Shown: piece by piece, positions 18,132-28,610 of the stretch
Position numbering within the stretch: position 1 is the stretch's first letter
How the letters are laid out: every line of letters begins with the position of its first letter
From: an uncultured Acidobacteriota bacterium
Lineage (GTDB): Bacteria; Actinomycetota; Acidimicrobiia; Spongiisociales; ZC4RG35
Assembly: GCA_963734115.1 (NCBI GenBank)
Contig: CAVTFV010000006.1
Location: 227,122-291,121, forward strand
Reading direction: 5' to 3'
Length of the DNA stretch: 64,000 nt
The notes under the pieces: generated by a model
Told to the model about the DNA's origin: nothing
Seen by the model: only the letters and a program-made list of their open reading frames with translations
Databases searched by the model: none
Translations under genes and position numbers: made by a program

Positions 18132-19507
18132 ATCCGCTCGAAGTAGCGCCAGCGCTCCCAATCGGTGACCGAGTTGTCGAAGGCCTTCTGTTCCGTCTGA
18201 AAGAAGTGGGTGTAGTGCTCCTGCACTTCCGACCCGAAGGCCTGCTTGACGAACTCGGACGATGCGAACAGCTCGGTGGCGTCACGCAATGTGTAGGGGA
18301 CCCGGGGCAGCTCCTGGGCCTGGTAGACGTCGCCGAGGAATATCTCCGGCGCCTCGATCTTGTTGGCGATCCCATCCAGACCCGAGGCGAGCACGGCCGC
18401 ATAGGCCAGGTAGGGATTGGCATCGGCGCCGGGAATCCGGCATTCGATGCGCAAGCTCTCGCCATGGCCCACGACCCTGAACCCGGCCGTGCGGTTGTCA
18501 TAGCTCCAGCCCAGACGGGTCGGGGCCCAGGAGCCGTCCTGATATCGCTTGTAGGAGTTGATGGTCGGGGCGTAGAACACCATCAGCTCGGGAACATGGG
18601 CCATCCAACCGCCGAGGAACCATCTGAACTCGTCGGAGCCATGGACCGGGCCGAAGACCTCATCGCCAGGAAACGCATTGCTCTCCTCCGACCAGAGACT
18701 CACATGCAGATGGCAGGACGATCCGGCCTCAGACATGTCGGGCTTGGCCATGAAGGTGATGGAGACGCCGGTGCTGTCAGCGATCTCTTTCATCGCCTGC
18801 TTCATGATCGTGTGCCGGTCGGCCATGTCGAGAAGTTCGGTGAAGCGGATGTTCATCTCGTGCTGACCCCGGCCCCACTCCCCCTTGGAGTTCTCCACAG
18901 GGATGCCCGAAGCCGACAGATGACGCCGCACCTGGGCGTTGTAGAACTCCTCGCGGCTCCCCTGCAGCAGGTGGTAGTCCTCGATGTACCACCCGGCCGG
19001 ACGCATACCGTCGTACTTCTTCTCCGCAGCCTCTCGATAGGAGTCCTCGAAGAGGAAGAACTCGAGCTCCGATGCTCCCTTCGCGGTGTATCCCGATTCG
19101 GCCGCCGCCTCCAGCTGACGGCGAAGGACGGTGCGAGGGGCCACGGTGACCAGGTCGTCGGTCCGTGGGTCTTCGAGGTCGCACAGCACGAAGGCGGTGC
19201 GGTCGAGCCAGGTGGCGACCCGAAGCGTGCTGAGGTCGGGCACCATGTGGAAGTCCCCGTAACCCAGGTCCCAACTGGCGTACGTGTAGCCGGGGACAGG
19301 CTCCATCTCCATGTCGACGGTGAGCAGGTAGTCGCAGCCGTGGGTCCCGTGCTCGGATATCTCATCGAGGAAGTGGCTCGCCGTGAAGCGCTTCCCGTGA
19401 ACCCTCCCGTAGTGGTCGGTGAACGCGGTCACCACGGTGTCGACATCCTCGGAGGCGACCAGCGCCTCCAACTCGTCGATGCTGATCAAGCCCCGCAATT
19501 CGCCCAT
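18128..19507 (-). CDS. Glutamine synthetase family protein (GlnA3/GlnA4-like gamma-glutamyl-amine ligase, 459 aa)
   Basis: Intact ORF with GS catalytic-domain motifs (MAKPDMSEAGSSCHLHVSLW...). First gene of the operon with SDR and ALDH, and divergent from the ethanolamine permease. Confidence 0.85.
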   Translation of the reverse strand: MGELRGLISIDELEALVASEDVDTVVTAFTDHYGRVHGKRFTASHFLDEISEHGTHGCDYLLTVDMEMEPVPGYTYASWDLGYGDFHMVPDLSTLRVATWLDRTAFVLCDLEDPRTDDLVTVAPRTVLRRQLEAAAESGYTAKGASELEFFLFEDSYREAAEKKYDGMRPAGWYIEDYHLLQGSREEFYNAQVRRHLSASGIPVENSKGEWGRGQHEMNIRFTELLDMADRHTIMKQAMKEIADSTGVSITFMAKPDMSEAGSSCHLHVSLWSEESNAFPGDEVFGPVHGSDEFRWFLGGWMAHVPELMVFYAPTINSYKRYQDGSWAPTRLGWSYDNRTAGFRVVGHGESLRIECRIPGADANPYLAYAAVLASGLDGIANKIEAPEIFLGDVYQAQELPRVPYTLRDATELFASSEFVKQAFGSEVQEHYTHFFQTEQKAFDNSVTDWERWRYFERI

Positions 19508-19595
19508 TCGACGCGCTCCTTGCCCTCGGTTCGGTGCCAGGAGGGTAGGCCGGCGACAGCCCCGGCTGTCGCTGAATGGCGAATCAAAAAACTAC

Positions 19596-19614
19596 CGATG
19601 CGGACCGCATCGGC
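19596..19614. promoter_or_regulatory. Perfect palindrome CCGATGCGG-A-CCGCATCGG in the divergent intergenic region between the glnA-like operon and the ethanolamine permease; candidate operator
   Basis: 9-bp arms with a 1-nt spacer, too tight for an RNA hairpin loop. Lies 52 nt upstream of the permease ATG (19666). Confidence 0.35.
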
Positions 19615-19665
19615 GAGCACCTGCATTCCTATTCTCGGCGCCCACTCACCAAGGGAGGTACGTCT

Positions 19666-21210
19666 ATGTCGACCGAACGCAAGGTCGGCTCGGTCACCTA
19701 TCGGGACGTCGACCAGGGGTACTTCGACCAGCGGGGCTTGAAACGTCATGCCGGGGTGTGGATGCTGTGGGCCCTTGGAGTGGCCGCGGTCATCTCCGGT
19801 GACTTCTCCGGGTGGAACTTCGGTCTCGACGTCGGCGGGTTCGGCGGGCTCTTCGTCGCCACGATCGTCATCACGATCATGTACATAGGGCTCTGCTACT
19901 CCATCTCGGAGATGTCGCCTGCGCTACCTCACACCGGAGGCGCCTATTCCTTCGCCCGATCGTCGATGGGGCCCTGGGGTGGATTCATAACCGGGGTCGC
20001 AGAGAACATCGAGTACGTGGTGACACCGGTGGTGGTGGTGTACTTCGCCTCGATCTACGCGCAGAGCGTGTTCAACGACCTGTTCGGTTTCGAGCTCGGC
20101 CTGCCCTGGTGGTGGGTGATCTTCTATGCGATCTTCGTCGGGCTCAACATCATCGGGATCGAAGCGACGATGCGGTTCTCGGTGGTGATAGCTGTGATAT
20201 CGCTGGCGGTGCTGGCCGTGTTCTTCGTACTCGCCATTCCCGAACTTCGATGCGTCTCTGCTGACCAACATCGTCGCGGAGGAGGGCGGCACGTCGTTCC
20301 TCCCATTTGGGGTCGCCGGCATATTCGCCGCCTTGCCCTTCGCCATCTGGTTCTACCTGGCGATCGAGGAACTGCCCTTGGCCGCCGAGGAGTCGATGGA
20401 TCCGAAGCGGGACGTTCCGAGAGGGACGATGTGGGGATTGTGGACCTTGGTCATCACCGGAATGGGAGTCCTCTTCCTCAACACCGGGGTCGGTGATGGG
20501 GCCGAGGGGATCAGGACATCGGGTGAGCCTCTCCTGGACGGGTTCCGGCAGGTCCTGGGGAGCGATACCAGTGCCGCCATCCTCGGACTGTTCGCCCTCA
20601 CCGGGCTGATCGCCAGCTTCCACACCATCATCTATGCCTACGGGCGGAACATCTACTCGCTCTCGAGGGCGGGCTACTTCCCTCACTGGATGTCGATCAC
20701 CCACGGCAAGCGGAAGACGCCCTACGTGGCTCTTCTCCTCGGAGCGGTAGTAGGCCTGGCGCTGGCGTTCTTGTTGGACGGTCAGTACACCGGGACCGCC
20801 GGGGCGGCGCTGCTTGAGCATGGCGGTGTTCGGGGCGGTGATCTCCTACTTCATGCAGATGCTCTCCTTCATCCGGCTCAGGCGGAACATGCCGAACATC
20901 TCGCGGCCGTATCGGAGCCCGGTCGGGAATCTTCGGAGCGGCTGTCGCCGGTCTGATCGCCCTCATCTCGTTGGTGGCGTTGTTCTTCAATGACGCCTAT
21001 CGCCCCGGGGTATACGGGGTCGCCATATGGTTCGTCCTCGCCCTGCTCTATTTCGCCCTCTCCGGGCGGAACAAGCTGGTCCTGTCCCCCGAGGAGGAGT
21101 TCGCCATGACTCAGGGCGAGCACGGTCATCCCGAAGAGGAGGGATACGGCACGACGTCGGTCGCCGACACCACGGCCACCGACACGACGGTGCCAGACCC
21201 CCAGGCCTGA
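19666..21210 (+). pseudogene. Ethanolamine permease (APC-family Eat/EutP-like), interrupted by about 3 frameshifts (near 20240, 20810 and 20930)
   Basis: ATG 19666 is preceded by GGGAGG. Frame 1 runs up to ...VFFVLAIP and continues in frame 2 as NFDASLLTNIVAEEGGTSFLPFGVAGIFAALPFAIWFYLAIEELPLAAEE (ORF 20333..20956). The C-terminus is in a third frame (ORF 20971..21210: FFNDAYRPGVYGVAIWFVLALLYFAL...). Confidence 0.6.
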
Positions 21211-21221
21211 CCCTCGTTTTG

Positions 21222-21262
21222 GCGCGGAGATCCCACCCTATTTGGTCGGATCTCCGCGCCAG
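21222..21262. terminator. Perfect 13-bp inverted repeat GGCGCGGAGATCC-N15-GGATCTCCGCGCC between convergent genes (permease end 21210, crotonase end 21272)
   Basis: Seen directly. No U-tract on either strand. Confidence 0.35.
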
Positions 21263-21271
21263 AATCGTTGT

Positions 21272-22069
21272 CTAGCCCCCGAAGCGCTGATCGCGCCAGC
21301 GGATCGCCGCCTTGAGGCCCTCCTCTGCTGTGATGCGGTCGAATTCCTCGCGTTCGGGGGCCCGAGCGGCTTCGATCTCGGCGCCGAGCTCGACGCCTTC
21401 GATCAGAGCCTGACGGAAGCCGGCCGCCTCCCACGAGCGATTGAGGGCCCGCTTGGTGAGGGTCATCACTGCCGGGTCGACCACGGCCAGCTCCTGGGCC
21501 AGCCGCATCGTCTCAGCTTCCAGATCCTCCCGAGGGACCACCCGGTTGACCAACCCGATGCGATGCGCCTCTGTCGCCTCGAGCTTGTCGTGCCCGGTCA
21601 AGATCAGCTCCTTGGCCCGACGGGCCCCGATGAGCCATGGCATCACGTGGGCAACGACTGCCGACCCGAACCGGATCTCGGGCTGACCGAACACGGCATC
21701 GTCCGACGCCACCGCCAGATCGCACATCATCATCAGATCGCACCCGCCGGCGAGACAGTGGCCATGCACCTGGGCGATGATCGGCCGGGGGTGGTCGAAG
21801 ACCTCGAGCAAACGATCGAGGCTGTTGGTGAGACCCTCTGAGGCGCTCTCCGCTCCCGATTCCTCCGAGAGGTCGTATCCGGCGCAGAACGAGCGGCCGG
21901 CCCCGGCGATCACGATCACCCTGACCCCGGCGTCTTGGGCCGCCTGGCCCAGCGCATCCGACAGCGCCTCGACCAGGGCCGTGTCGAGGGCGTTCAGCTT
22001 CTCAGGTCGGTTCAGCGTGAGACGGCGTATCGGGCCAATGTCCTCGACCAGAAGAACCGGCCCACTCAT
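21272..22069 (-). CDS. Enoyl-CoA hydratase/isomerase (crotonase) family protein
   Basis: Crotonase fold motifs (RLTLNRPEKLNAL; AGAGRSFCAGYDL). Start ATG overlaps the upstream gene stop (ATGA). Confidence 0.85.
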   Translation of the reverse strand: MSGPVLLVEDIGPIRRLTLNRPEKLNALDTALVEALSDALGQAAQDAGVRVIVIAGAGRSFCAGYDLSEESGAESASEGLTNSLDRLLEVFDHPRPIIAQVHGHCLAGGCDLMMMCDLAVASDDAVFGQPEIRFGSAVVAHVMPWLIGARRAKELILTGHDKLEATEAHRIGLVNRVVPREDLEAETMRLAQELAVVDPAVMTLTKRALNRSWEAAGFRQALIEGVELGAEIEAARAPEREEFDRITAEEGLKAAIRWRDQRFGG

Positions 22070-24118
22070 CGAGGCATGATCAACGCATCGACCGCCACCG
22101 CTCCGGTGGGCCCGGCGATCACGGGATTGACGTCCATCGCCCTGATCTGCCCGGCTCCGTCGGCCGCCAGCTCTGAGAACCGAGCAATCACCTCGACCAG
22201 GGCGTCGATGTCTGCCGGTGGCCGACCCCGGACTCCGTCGAGAAGTGGGCGAATCCGAAGCCGATCCAGTGCTCGCCTCGCACCCGCAGTGTCGATAGGT
22301 GGCAGAACCGCTACCTGATCCGCCATGGTCTCGATGAGTCGGCCACCGGCGGAGATGATCACCACCGGGCCGAATTGGTCGTCGTCGACCATCCCGAGAC
22401 CGATCTCGACCCCATCGCGGGATCTGCTCGGCCAGTCATCACCTGGGGGCCGAGTCGTGGTCGCCATGATCACGGTATGCATCGCCGAGGCCGGCCTCGT
22501 CAGCGATGCCGACCACGACTCCGCCCACCTCGGTCTTGTGATCGACCGACTCGGCCGTCTTCAACACGAGGGGAAAGCCGATCCGCTCTGCCGCCTCCAG
22601 CAGCGCAGCCTCATCGCCAACGACCTCGAAGTGCGGCACAGGTATGCCATACGAAAGCAGGACCTGCAGCGCGGCGGCTTCGCCCGCCACCATCGGCACC
22701 GGGCTGGCTGGAGAGCTGAGTCTCCCCGACGCTGCGGGTCGTACCGACCGCATATGACGATCCAGCAAATGACGGATCGCCCGGAGCCCGGTCTCGGTGC
22801 CTTCCAATACCGCAACCCCTCCATCGCGGAGTCTTCCGGCCTGAGCCGGATCGACCGTCGTTGTCAGGTTGCTCAGGACCACCAAGGGCTTGCCGGTGCG
22901 GCCGGCCACCGTGAAGGCGGCGTCGGAGTAGGCGTAGTCGGGTTTCTCCTCGGCGGTGAGGTCGACACAGAAGGCGACCGCCCCCACCGCAGGGTCGTCG
23001 GCGACAGCTTGCAAGCATTCGACGAACACTTCCTCGGCGTCGCGGCCCGTGCCCCAGGCATCCACCGGATTGACCGGTTCGAGACCGGGGTCGAGGACCT
23101 TTGACAGCCGTGTCGTCGCCGCTCTCTCCCAGTGGTGGCAGTCGGACACCAGACGCGATCGGCGGTGTCGATGAGGAGTGCCCGTTCGCCTCCGGAATCA
23201 TGGACGGCGGCGAGACCCGATGCCGTGGCCCTCCGGCCAGTGGCGAACAACTCGACGGTGTCGGCCATCTCGTCCATGCTCCAGACACGGTGGACGCCAT
23301 GCGCCTCGAAGAGGGCCTCGTAGACGGCGTCATCACCGGCGATTCCCTCGGAATGCGTGGCAACCGCCTCCTGGCCCTTGCTCGTCGAGCCCACTTTCAA
23401 CGCGATGACGGGCACGTCCATCTCGTCGGCTCGGGCGAGGGCCTGCCGAAACCCATCCGGGTCTCGGACCGTCTCGAGAAACAGGGCAAGGACCCGTGTC
23501 GATTCCAGTTCGAGGGACCACCGCATGTAGGCGTCCATCGTCGTGTTGATCTCGAGACCGGTGGAGACGACGAGATTGAACCTGATCCCTCGCTGGTTGT
23601 GCAGCATGGCCGAGAACAACGAGCCGGAGTGGCTGAGAAAGGTCACCCCGCCGGGCCGCAGGTCTTCCGGTTGATAGAAGCCGCAAACCCGGATTCTCTC
23701 CTCGACATTGAGAAAGCCCATCCCGTTGCCACCACAGATCGGGACACCACCCTCATTGGCCAGGTCGCGGAGCCGATCTCGCAAGGAGCCCGCCACCCGC
23801 AGCCTCCCCGTGACAACTGGCGAAGATCGCCACTGATCGGGCGCCAATGCTCAGGGCCTTCTCCATCTCCGCTTCGAGTTGGCCGTTCGCGACGGCCAGC
23901 ACCGCCAGGTCCACCGATGAGCCGATGTCCTCCAGCGAAGGGACCGCCTCGATGCCATGCACGGTCTCGTAGCGAGGGTTGACGGCATGAACTGCGCCCT
24001 CGAAGCCGCCCGAGATCAGCTGTCTGATCGTCAGGTCGCCCACCGACCCGGCCCGCTCGCTGGCGCCGACGACAGCGATGGATCGGGCATTGAGCATGGG
24101 GTCGAGTGACATCATCAT
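22066..24118 (-). pseudogene. NDP-forming acyl-CoA synthetase (acetate--CoA ligase [ADP-forming]-like; CoA-binding, succinyl-CoA-synthetase-like and ATP-grasp domains fused), split into 4 frame segments
   Basis: ORF 23753..24118 has the CoA-binding domain (IAVVGASERAGSVG). ORF 22873..23847 has the ligase-CoA/flavodoxin-like domain. ORF 22439..23149 and ORF 22066..22482 carry the ATP-grasp domain (VLKTAESVDHKTEVGGVVVGI). Confidence 0.55.
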
Positions 24119-24127
24119 GAGGGGATC

Positions 24128-24143
24128 CTGAACGGCTGTTCAG
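24128..24143. promoter_or_regulatory. Palindromic operator candidate CTGAAC-GGCT-GTTCAG in the divergent region between the acyl-CoA synthetase operon and the TetR gene
   Basis: Perfect 6-bp inverted repeat arms with a 4-bp spacer. Five further copies or variants of the same motif occur in other promoter regions of this window. Confidence 0.45.
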
Positions 24144-24201
24144 CGTACCGGCGGCGACTCGGCCGCCGCAATGGTCGCCGACGCTGTGCCAAGATTGCCG
24201 G

Positions 24202-24813
24202 GTGAGCCCTCGACCCAGCCTGACAGCGACCCGACGCAACGAGATCCTGGCTGCCACCAGCGCCACCATCGCCGACAGGGGATTGTGCGAGACCCGGATC
24301 GCCGATATCGCAGACCACATCGGGGCCAGCCCCGCCCTGATCCTCTACTACTTCCCATCCAAGGCCGCCCTGGTGACCGAGGCGCTCGTCTATCAGGACC
24401 AGATGTTCCACGAGGCGGTCAAAGGCGAGCTGGACAACGCGACGACAGCCGCTGCCAAGCTCGACATCCTCATAGAAGCCAGTTGCCCCAAGCCATCTCG
24501 TGGCAATGGAGAGCTCGATGGATGGGTGCTGTGGCCGGCCGCCTGGGAGATGTCACGGCACGACCCGACACTGGCCGCCGCCCGCGCCCGGCTCGACGAG
24601 TCATGGCGGGCTCAGATCGCGGCGATCGTCGAAGAGGGGATCGCCGCCGGCGAGTTCACAGACGTCGATGCCTCCGACTTCTCCATCCAGCTCGCCGCGC
24701 TACTCGATGGGCTCGCCATCGAGGTCATGCTGCGGGACCCCACCGTGGACGCGGCACGGATGCGAAAGCTGGCGTTCGACTTCGTGGAGATGGCGCTCAA
24801 TACCCGTGTTTGA
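24202..24813 (+). CDS. TetR/AcrR-family transcriptional regulator (203 aa)
   Basis: N-terminal HTH (RRNEILAATSATIADRGLCETRIADIADHIGASPALILYYFPSKAAL). Confidence 0.85.
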   Translation: MSPRPSLTATRRNEILAATSATIADRGLCETRIADIADHIGASPALILYYFPSKAALVTEALVYQDQMFHEAVKGELDNATTAAAKLDILIEASCPKPSRGNGELDGWVLWPAAWEMSRHDPTLAAARARLDESWRAQIAAIVEEGIAAGEFTDVDASDFSIQLAALLDGLAIEVMLRDPTVDAARMRKLAFDFVEMALNTRV

Positions 24814-24825
24814 CCGACGCGATAC

Positions 24826-24841
24826 CTGAACAGCGGTTTAG
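24826..24841. promoter_or_regulatory. Operator-motif variant CTGAAC-AGCG-GTTTAG between the tetR stop and the potD-like start
   Basis: One mismatch to the CTGAAC-N4-GTTCAG palindrome. Confidence 0.35.
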
Positions 24842-24868
24842 TGTCTCGCGTAGCGCCGAGGAGGAAAC

Positions 24869-26161
24869 ATGGCCTATCACCCCCGGGAGAACTGGATCCC
24901 TCAAAACAGGAAGAGGGTCTACACCCGCAGGGACTTCCTGCAGCGAGCGGCACTCCTCGGGATCGCCCTCCCCGCCCTACCCAGCCTGCTCGCCGCATGC
25001 GCTGACCGGGAAGGTGGCGAGTCGGCTGAGCTCGCCGTGGGCACCCCAGCCAGCCCGGTGCAGCAACCATTGTTCGACGACAACCCAGCCATCGAGTCGG
25101 GGCTGGAGCCCGAGGCCGGGCCTCTCCTGTTGTACAACTGGGAGGACTACCTGAACCCGGAGACCATTCCGCTCGCTGCGGAGGCGCTCGGCGTCGATAT
25201 CCAGGTGACCACCTTCGTCAACGAGGAGGAAGCCCTCGCCCGTCTCTCGTCCGGCGAGGTTCAGTTCGACGTCTGGTTCCCCACCTCACAGCGAGTCCCG
25301 GTGGCGGTCGCCGCATCTCTCATCCAACCTGTCAATCACGACTACCTGCCCAACCTCCAGGCCAACGTATGGCCGCAGCTGGCCGATCCCTACTACGACC
25401 AGGGATCCCGCTACACGGTGCCTTACGTGACCTACACCACGGGCATCGGGTGGCGAGTCGACCTCGCCGACAGCGCCGACATCGAGGGCCAGGCCAACCC
25501 CTGGGATGTCTTCTGGAACGAGAAATACTCCGGGATGATCGGCATGCTCGATTCCTTCACCGATGTGATACCAGTCGCCCTGTTCCACAACGGGGTGGCC
25601 GACCCATCGCAAGCCACCGAGGCCGAATTGGTCGCCGCCGGTGACGCCCTGGTCGAGTTGATCGATCTCGTCGACATCAGATATCGGATCGATGGCAGTT
25701 ATGCCGGCCTGCCCGAGGGGAGATACGCGATCCATCAAGCATGGTCAGGCGACCTGGTCAACTCCCAGTACTTCTGGCCTGGTGGGGAGGATGAGGGGAC
25801 CACGCGATACCTGTGGCCCGCCAAAAGCGAGGGGTCGACCACCAAGGGGGCGATATCGAGTGACACCATGACAGTGCTCAAGGGCTCAGAGCGCCCTGTG
25901 CTGGCCCATGCGTTCCTCAATTACATGCTCGACGAGGCCAATGCACTGAAGAATTTCGAGTACGTCGGCTACCAGCCGCCACAAAACGGCCTCACTTCCG
26001 AGTATCTGATCAGCGAGGAATGGCTCCTTCCGCATCTGGCACCGGCGCTGGTAGCACCTGAGGACTTCGAGTTGGACTCGGCCTGGGTCCAGGGCCCGCT
26101 CGACGCGGCTACCGAGGCGGCGTGGGTCGAACAATGGAATCGGGCCAACTCGGGTGGCTGA
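24869..26161 (+). CDS. ABC transporter substrate-binding lipoprotein, PotD/PotF (polyamine) family, with Tat signal and lipobox (RRDFLQRAALLGIALPALPSLLAAC)
   Basis: Intact 430-aa ORF. First gene of an SBP-permease-permease operon. Confidence 0.85.
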   Translation: MAYHPRENWIPQNRKRVYTRRDFLQRAALLGIALPALPSLLAACADREGGESAELAVGTPASPVQQPLFDDNPAIESGLEPEAGPLLLYNWEDYLNPETIPLAAEALGVDIQVTTFVNEEEALARLSSGEVQFDVWFPTSQRVPVAVAASLIQPVNHDYLPNLQANVWPQLADPYYDQGSRYTVPYVTYTTGIGWRVDLADSADIEGQANPWDVFWNEKYSGMIGMLDSFTDVIPVALFHNGVADPSQATEAELVAAGDALVELIDLVDIRYRIDGSYAGLPEGRYAIHQAWSGDLVNSQYFWPGGEDEGTTRYLWPAKSEGSTTKGAISSDTMTVLKGSERPVLAHAFLNYMLDEANALKNFEYVGYQPPQNGLTSEYLISEEWLLPHLAPALVAPEDFELDSAWVQGPLDAATEAAWVEQWNRANSGG

Positions 26162-26180
26162 CTCGGTCGGATAGAGGGTC

Positions 26181-27125
26181 ATGCCCACCAATCTCGCCTC
26201 TGGGGCCGAGTACGCGACGGTAGGGCAAAAAAGATGGGTGTGGCCTGGCTTTGCCCTTCCCGGTGTGCTCTGGCTGATTCTCCTCTTCCTGGTCCCGTTC
26301 TACGCGGTGTTTGCGATCGCGATGGGCCAGCTCGACCCGATTCTGCAGAGGGCCACACCGGAGTGGAACCCGTTCTACTGGGACCTGACCGTCATGGGCG
26401 AGGCCTTCGCCGAGCTGTTCGGCGGTCAGCTTGGCGTGATCGCCCTTCGAACCCTGGCCTATGTCTTCATCGCATCGCTCATCTGTGTCCTCGTCGGATA
26501 CCCGGTCGCATACTTCGTGTCGAGAAGGGCAGGGCGATGGCGTTGGCTGTGGCTGCTGTTGATCCTGGCGCCTTTCTGGATCAACTACCTGATGCGGATG
26601 ATGTCCTGGGTGAATCTGCTCAGCCCGGACGGTCAGGTCAACAGGTGGCTGACCACCATCGCAAGCTGGTTCTCCATCGAGTTCGTGCCGCCCGACTGGC
26701 TCGCCGGCAATCACGTCGTCGTCATCCTCGGGCTGGTCTACGGCTACATCCCGTTCTTCATCCTCCCTCTCTTCGCCGCCTTGGACCGGATCGATGAAGC
26801 CACGCTTGAAGCCTCGCGCGACCTCGGGGCCAACAATGCGCAGACCTTCTGGCGAGTGACCTGGCCACTGTCTCGAAACGGGGTACTCGGGGGCCTGGTC
26901 ATCATCATGCTCCCGATGTTCGGTGACTACTACACACCCAACCTCTTGTCGGGATCGCCTCGCACCCGGATGTACGGAAACACAATCGACCAATTCATCA
27001 ATCAGACCACCAGTGGGGGCGCGGTTGGCGCGGCCTTGACCATCATCCTGATGATCTTCATCGCCGGTCTGATGGTGTATTACCTCCGCTCGATCTCTCA
27101 GGCGTCGCAGGAGGCACGAGAGTGA
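26181..27125 (+). CDS. ABC transporter permease (PotB/PotH-like)
   Basis: Six predicted TM segments. ABC permease EAA-like region (IDEATLEASRDLGANNAQTFWRVTWPL). Confidence 0.85.
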   Translation: MPTNLASGAEYATVGQKRWVWPGFALPGVLWLILLFLVPFYAVFAIAMGQLDPILQRATPEWNPFYWDLTVMGEAFAELFGGQLGVIALRTLAYVFIASLICVLVGYPVAYFVSRRAGRWRWLWLLLILAPFWINYLMRMMSWVNLLSPDGQVNRWLTTIASWFSIEFVPPDWLAGNHVVVILGLVYGYIPFFILPLFAALDRIDEATLEASRDLGANNAQTFWRVTWPLSRNGVLGGLVIIMLPMFGDYYTPNLLSGSPRTRMYGNTIDQFINQTTSGGAVGAALTIILMIFIAGLMVYYLRSISQASQEARE

Positions 27126-28024
27126 CAACGACCAGCCCCTCACGGCTCCGGTCGGCGATTGCCAACCCCTGGGGCAAATCGCGGATGCTGCCTCTAGTCA
27201 CGCTGCTGTACGTCCTCTGGTCCATCATCCCGGTGGGAATAGCGGTCCTGTTCTCGTTCAATTCGGGTAGGTCGAGAAGTACCTGGCAGGGGTTTTCCAC
27301 TCGCTGGTACGTTGGTGATCCGGCTGCCGCAGAATCGGTGTTGTACGACCCCTCTCTCCGGTTTGCGCTCAACCAAAGCCTCAAACTGGCCATCCTGACC
27401 ATGCTCGTCGCGACTCCCATAGGAGTCGCCCTTGCGCTCGGTCTGGCGAGGTGGCGAGGACGAGGGGTCAAGGCGTCCAATCTGTTGATGCTGATCCCCC
27501 TGGTAACCCCCGAGATCGTGATGGGGGTGGCCCTGTTTCTGGTCTTCGCCGAGGTTTACGACTTCGTTCCCTTTGGAACCTGGACTCAGTTCCTGGGACA
27601 TGTCACGTTCTCGATTTCCTTTGTGGTGATCATCGTTCGGGGGCGTCTGTTTGCCATTGGCAGGGACTACGAGGAAGCCGCCATGGACCTTGGGGCTTCC
27701 CAATTCGAGGCGATGCGCCGCGTGCTCCTCCCCCTTCTCGCTCCAGCGCTTGTCGCCAGCCTCGCCATCGTCTTCGCCATCTCAATCGACGATTTCGTCA
27801 TCAGCCAATTCCTGATCGGGGGCGCGGAGACCGTGACCATCCCGGTGCAGCTCTACTCGGGTGCCCGACTTGCTCCGCCACCTTCCCTCAACGCCTTGGC
27901 CACCATCCTGATGGTGGTAACCATCGGCGCCATCACGATTGCCGGGCTTCTATTTCGCGCCCTGGGCAAACGACGAGGCGAAAGGGCCTCAGCCCTGGAG
28001 TCGGTGGCCGGTTTCGAGATGTGA
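27122..28024 (+). CDS. ABC transporter permease (PotC/PotI-like)
   Basis: Start overlaps the previous stop. EAA motif (YEEAAMDLGASQFEAMRRVLLPLLAP). Confidence 0.85.
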   Translation: MTTTSPSRLRSAIANPWGKSRMLPLVTLLYVLWSIIPVGIAVLFSFNSGRSRSTWQGFSTRWYVGDPAAAESVLYDPSLRFALNQSLKLAILTMLVATPIGVALALGLARWRGRGVKASNLLMLIPLVTPEIVMGVALFLVFAEVYDFVPFGTWTQFLGHVTFSISFVVIIVRGRLFAIGRDYEEAAMDLGASQFEAMRRVLLPLLAPALVASLAIVFAISIDDFVISQFLIGGAETVTIPVQLYSGARLAPPPSLNALATILMVVTIGAITIAGLLFRALGKRRGERASALESVAGFEM

Positions 28025-28027
28025 GGG

Positions 28028-28570
28028 TCAGACGGTCAATCTGACGATTGGCCTCGATTCGTTGCGGCGGATCAGCTCGACGAAGCCATGCTCGTCGAAC
28101 ATGCTCAACGTGCCGGTGAAATAGTCCACTGCGGAGCTGCGAGGGCCATCGACCGGGTACGCCTCGATGACTTCGGCCCCCTCGTGCCTGGCGAAAGCGA
28201 TGGCGGCGCTCAGCAGCCCTGCTCCGACGCCCCGCTTCCTGTAACCCGTGCGTACGACGAAGCAATTGATCGACCAGGGCTCCAAGTCGTCGACCCGCTT
28301 GAGCAGCCGGGACCGGTCGAGCGTCGGGAACTCGTGACGCGGGCCGACCTGGACCCAGCCGACCGGATCATCCCCGACGTAGCCAAGCAAGCCTGGCGGG
28401 CGTCCTTCGGCCGCCACCTCGGCGAATCGATCACGGTTGTCCCGCTTGTCTCCGAAACCATCGTCAGGTCTGCGCCAGTGCATACAGAAGCAACTTCTGG
28501 CGACGCCACGATCACCGAAGACCACCTCCATGTCGGGAAATCTGTCCGGGGTGAGAGGCCGGCTGGTCAT
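28028..28570 (-). CDS. GNAT family acetyltransferase (180 aa)
   Basis: Motif A region (GYRKRGVGAGLLSAAIAFARHEGAEVIEAYPV). Start chosen at the internal ATG (MTSRPL...). Confidence 0.65.
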   Translation of the reverse strand: MTSRPLTPDRFPDMEVVFGDRGVARSCFCMHWRRPDDGFGDKRDNRDRFAEVAAEGRPPGLLGYVGDDPVGWVQVGPRHEFPTLDRSRLLKRVDDLEPWSINCFVVRTGYRKRGVGAGLLSAAIAFARHEGAEVIEAYPVDGPRSSAVDYFTGTLSMFDEHGFVELIRRNESRPIVRLTV

Positions 28571-28610
28571 CAGCCCGAGATCGGTCTCGCTCGCGTGTGA
28601 CCAGGTCTTA

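Noticed and set aside
18206-19741. 511-aa plus-strand ORF
   Set aside because: Antisense to the intact glutamine-synthetase-family gene 18128..19507.
24171-25154. 327-aa plus-strand ORF spanning the TetR gene and the potD start
   Set aside because: Out-of-frame overlap of two well-supported genes. Arg/Pro/Gly-rich.
26109-27143. 344-aa minus-strand ORF
   Set aside because: Antisense to the ABC permease 26181..27125.
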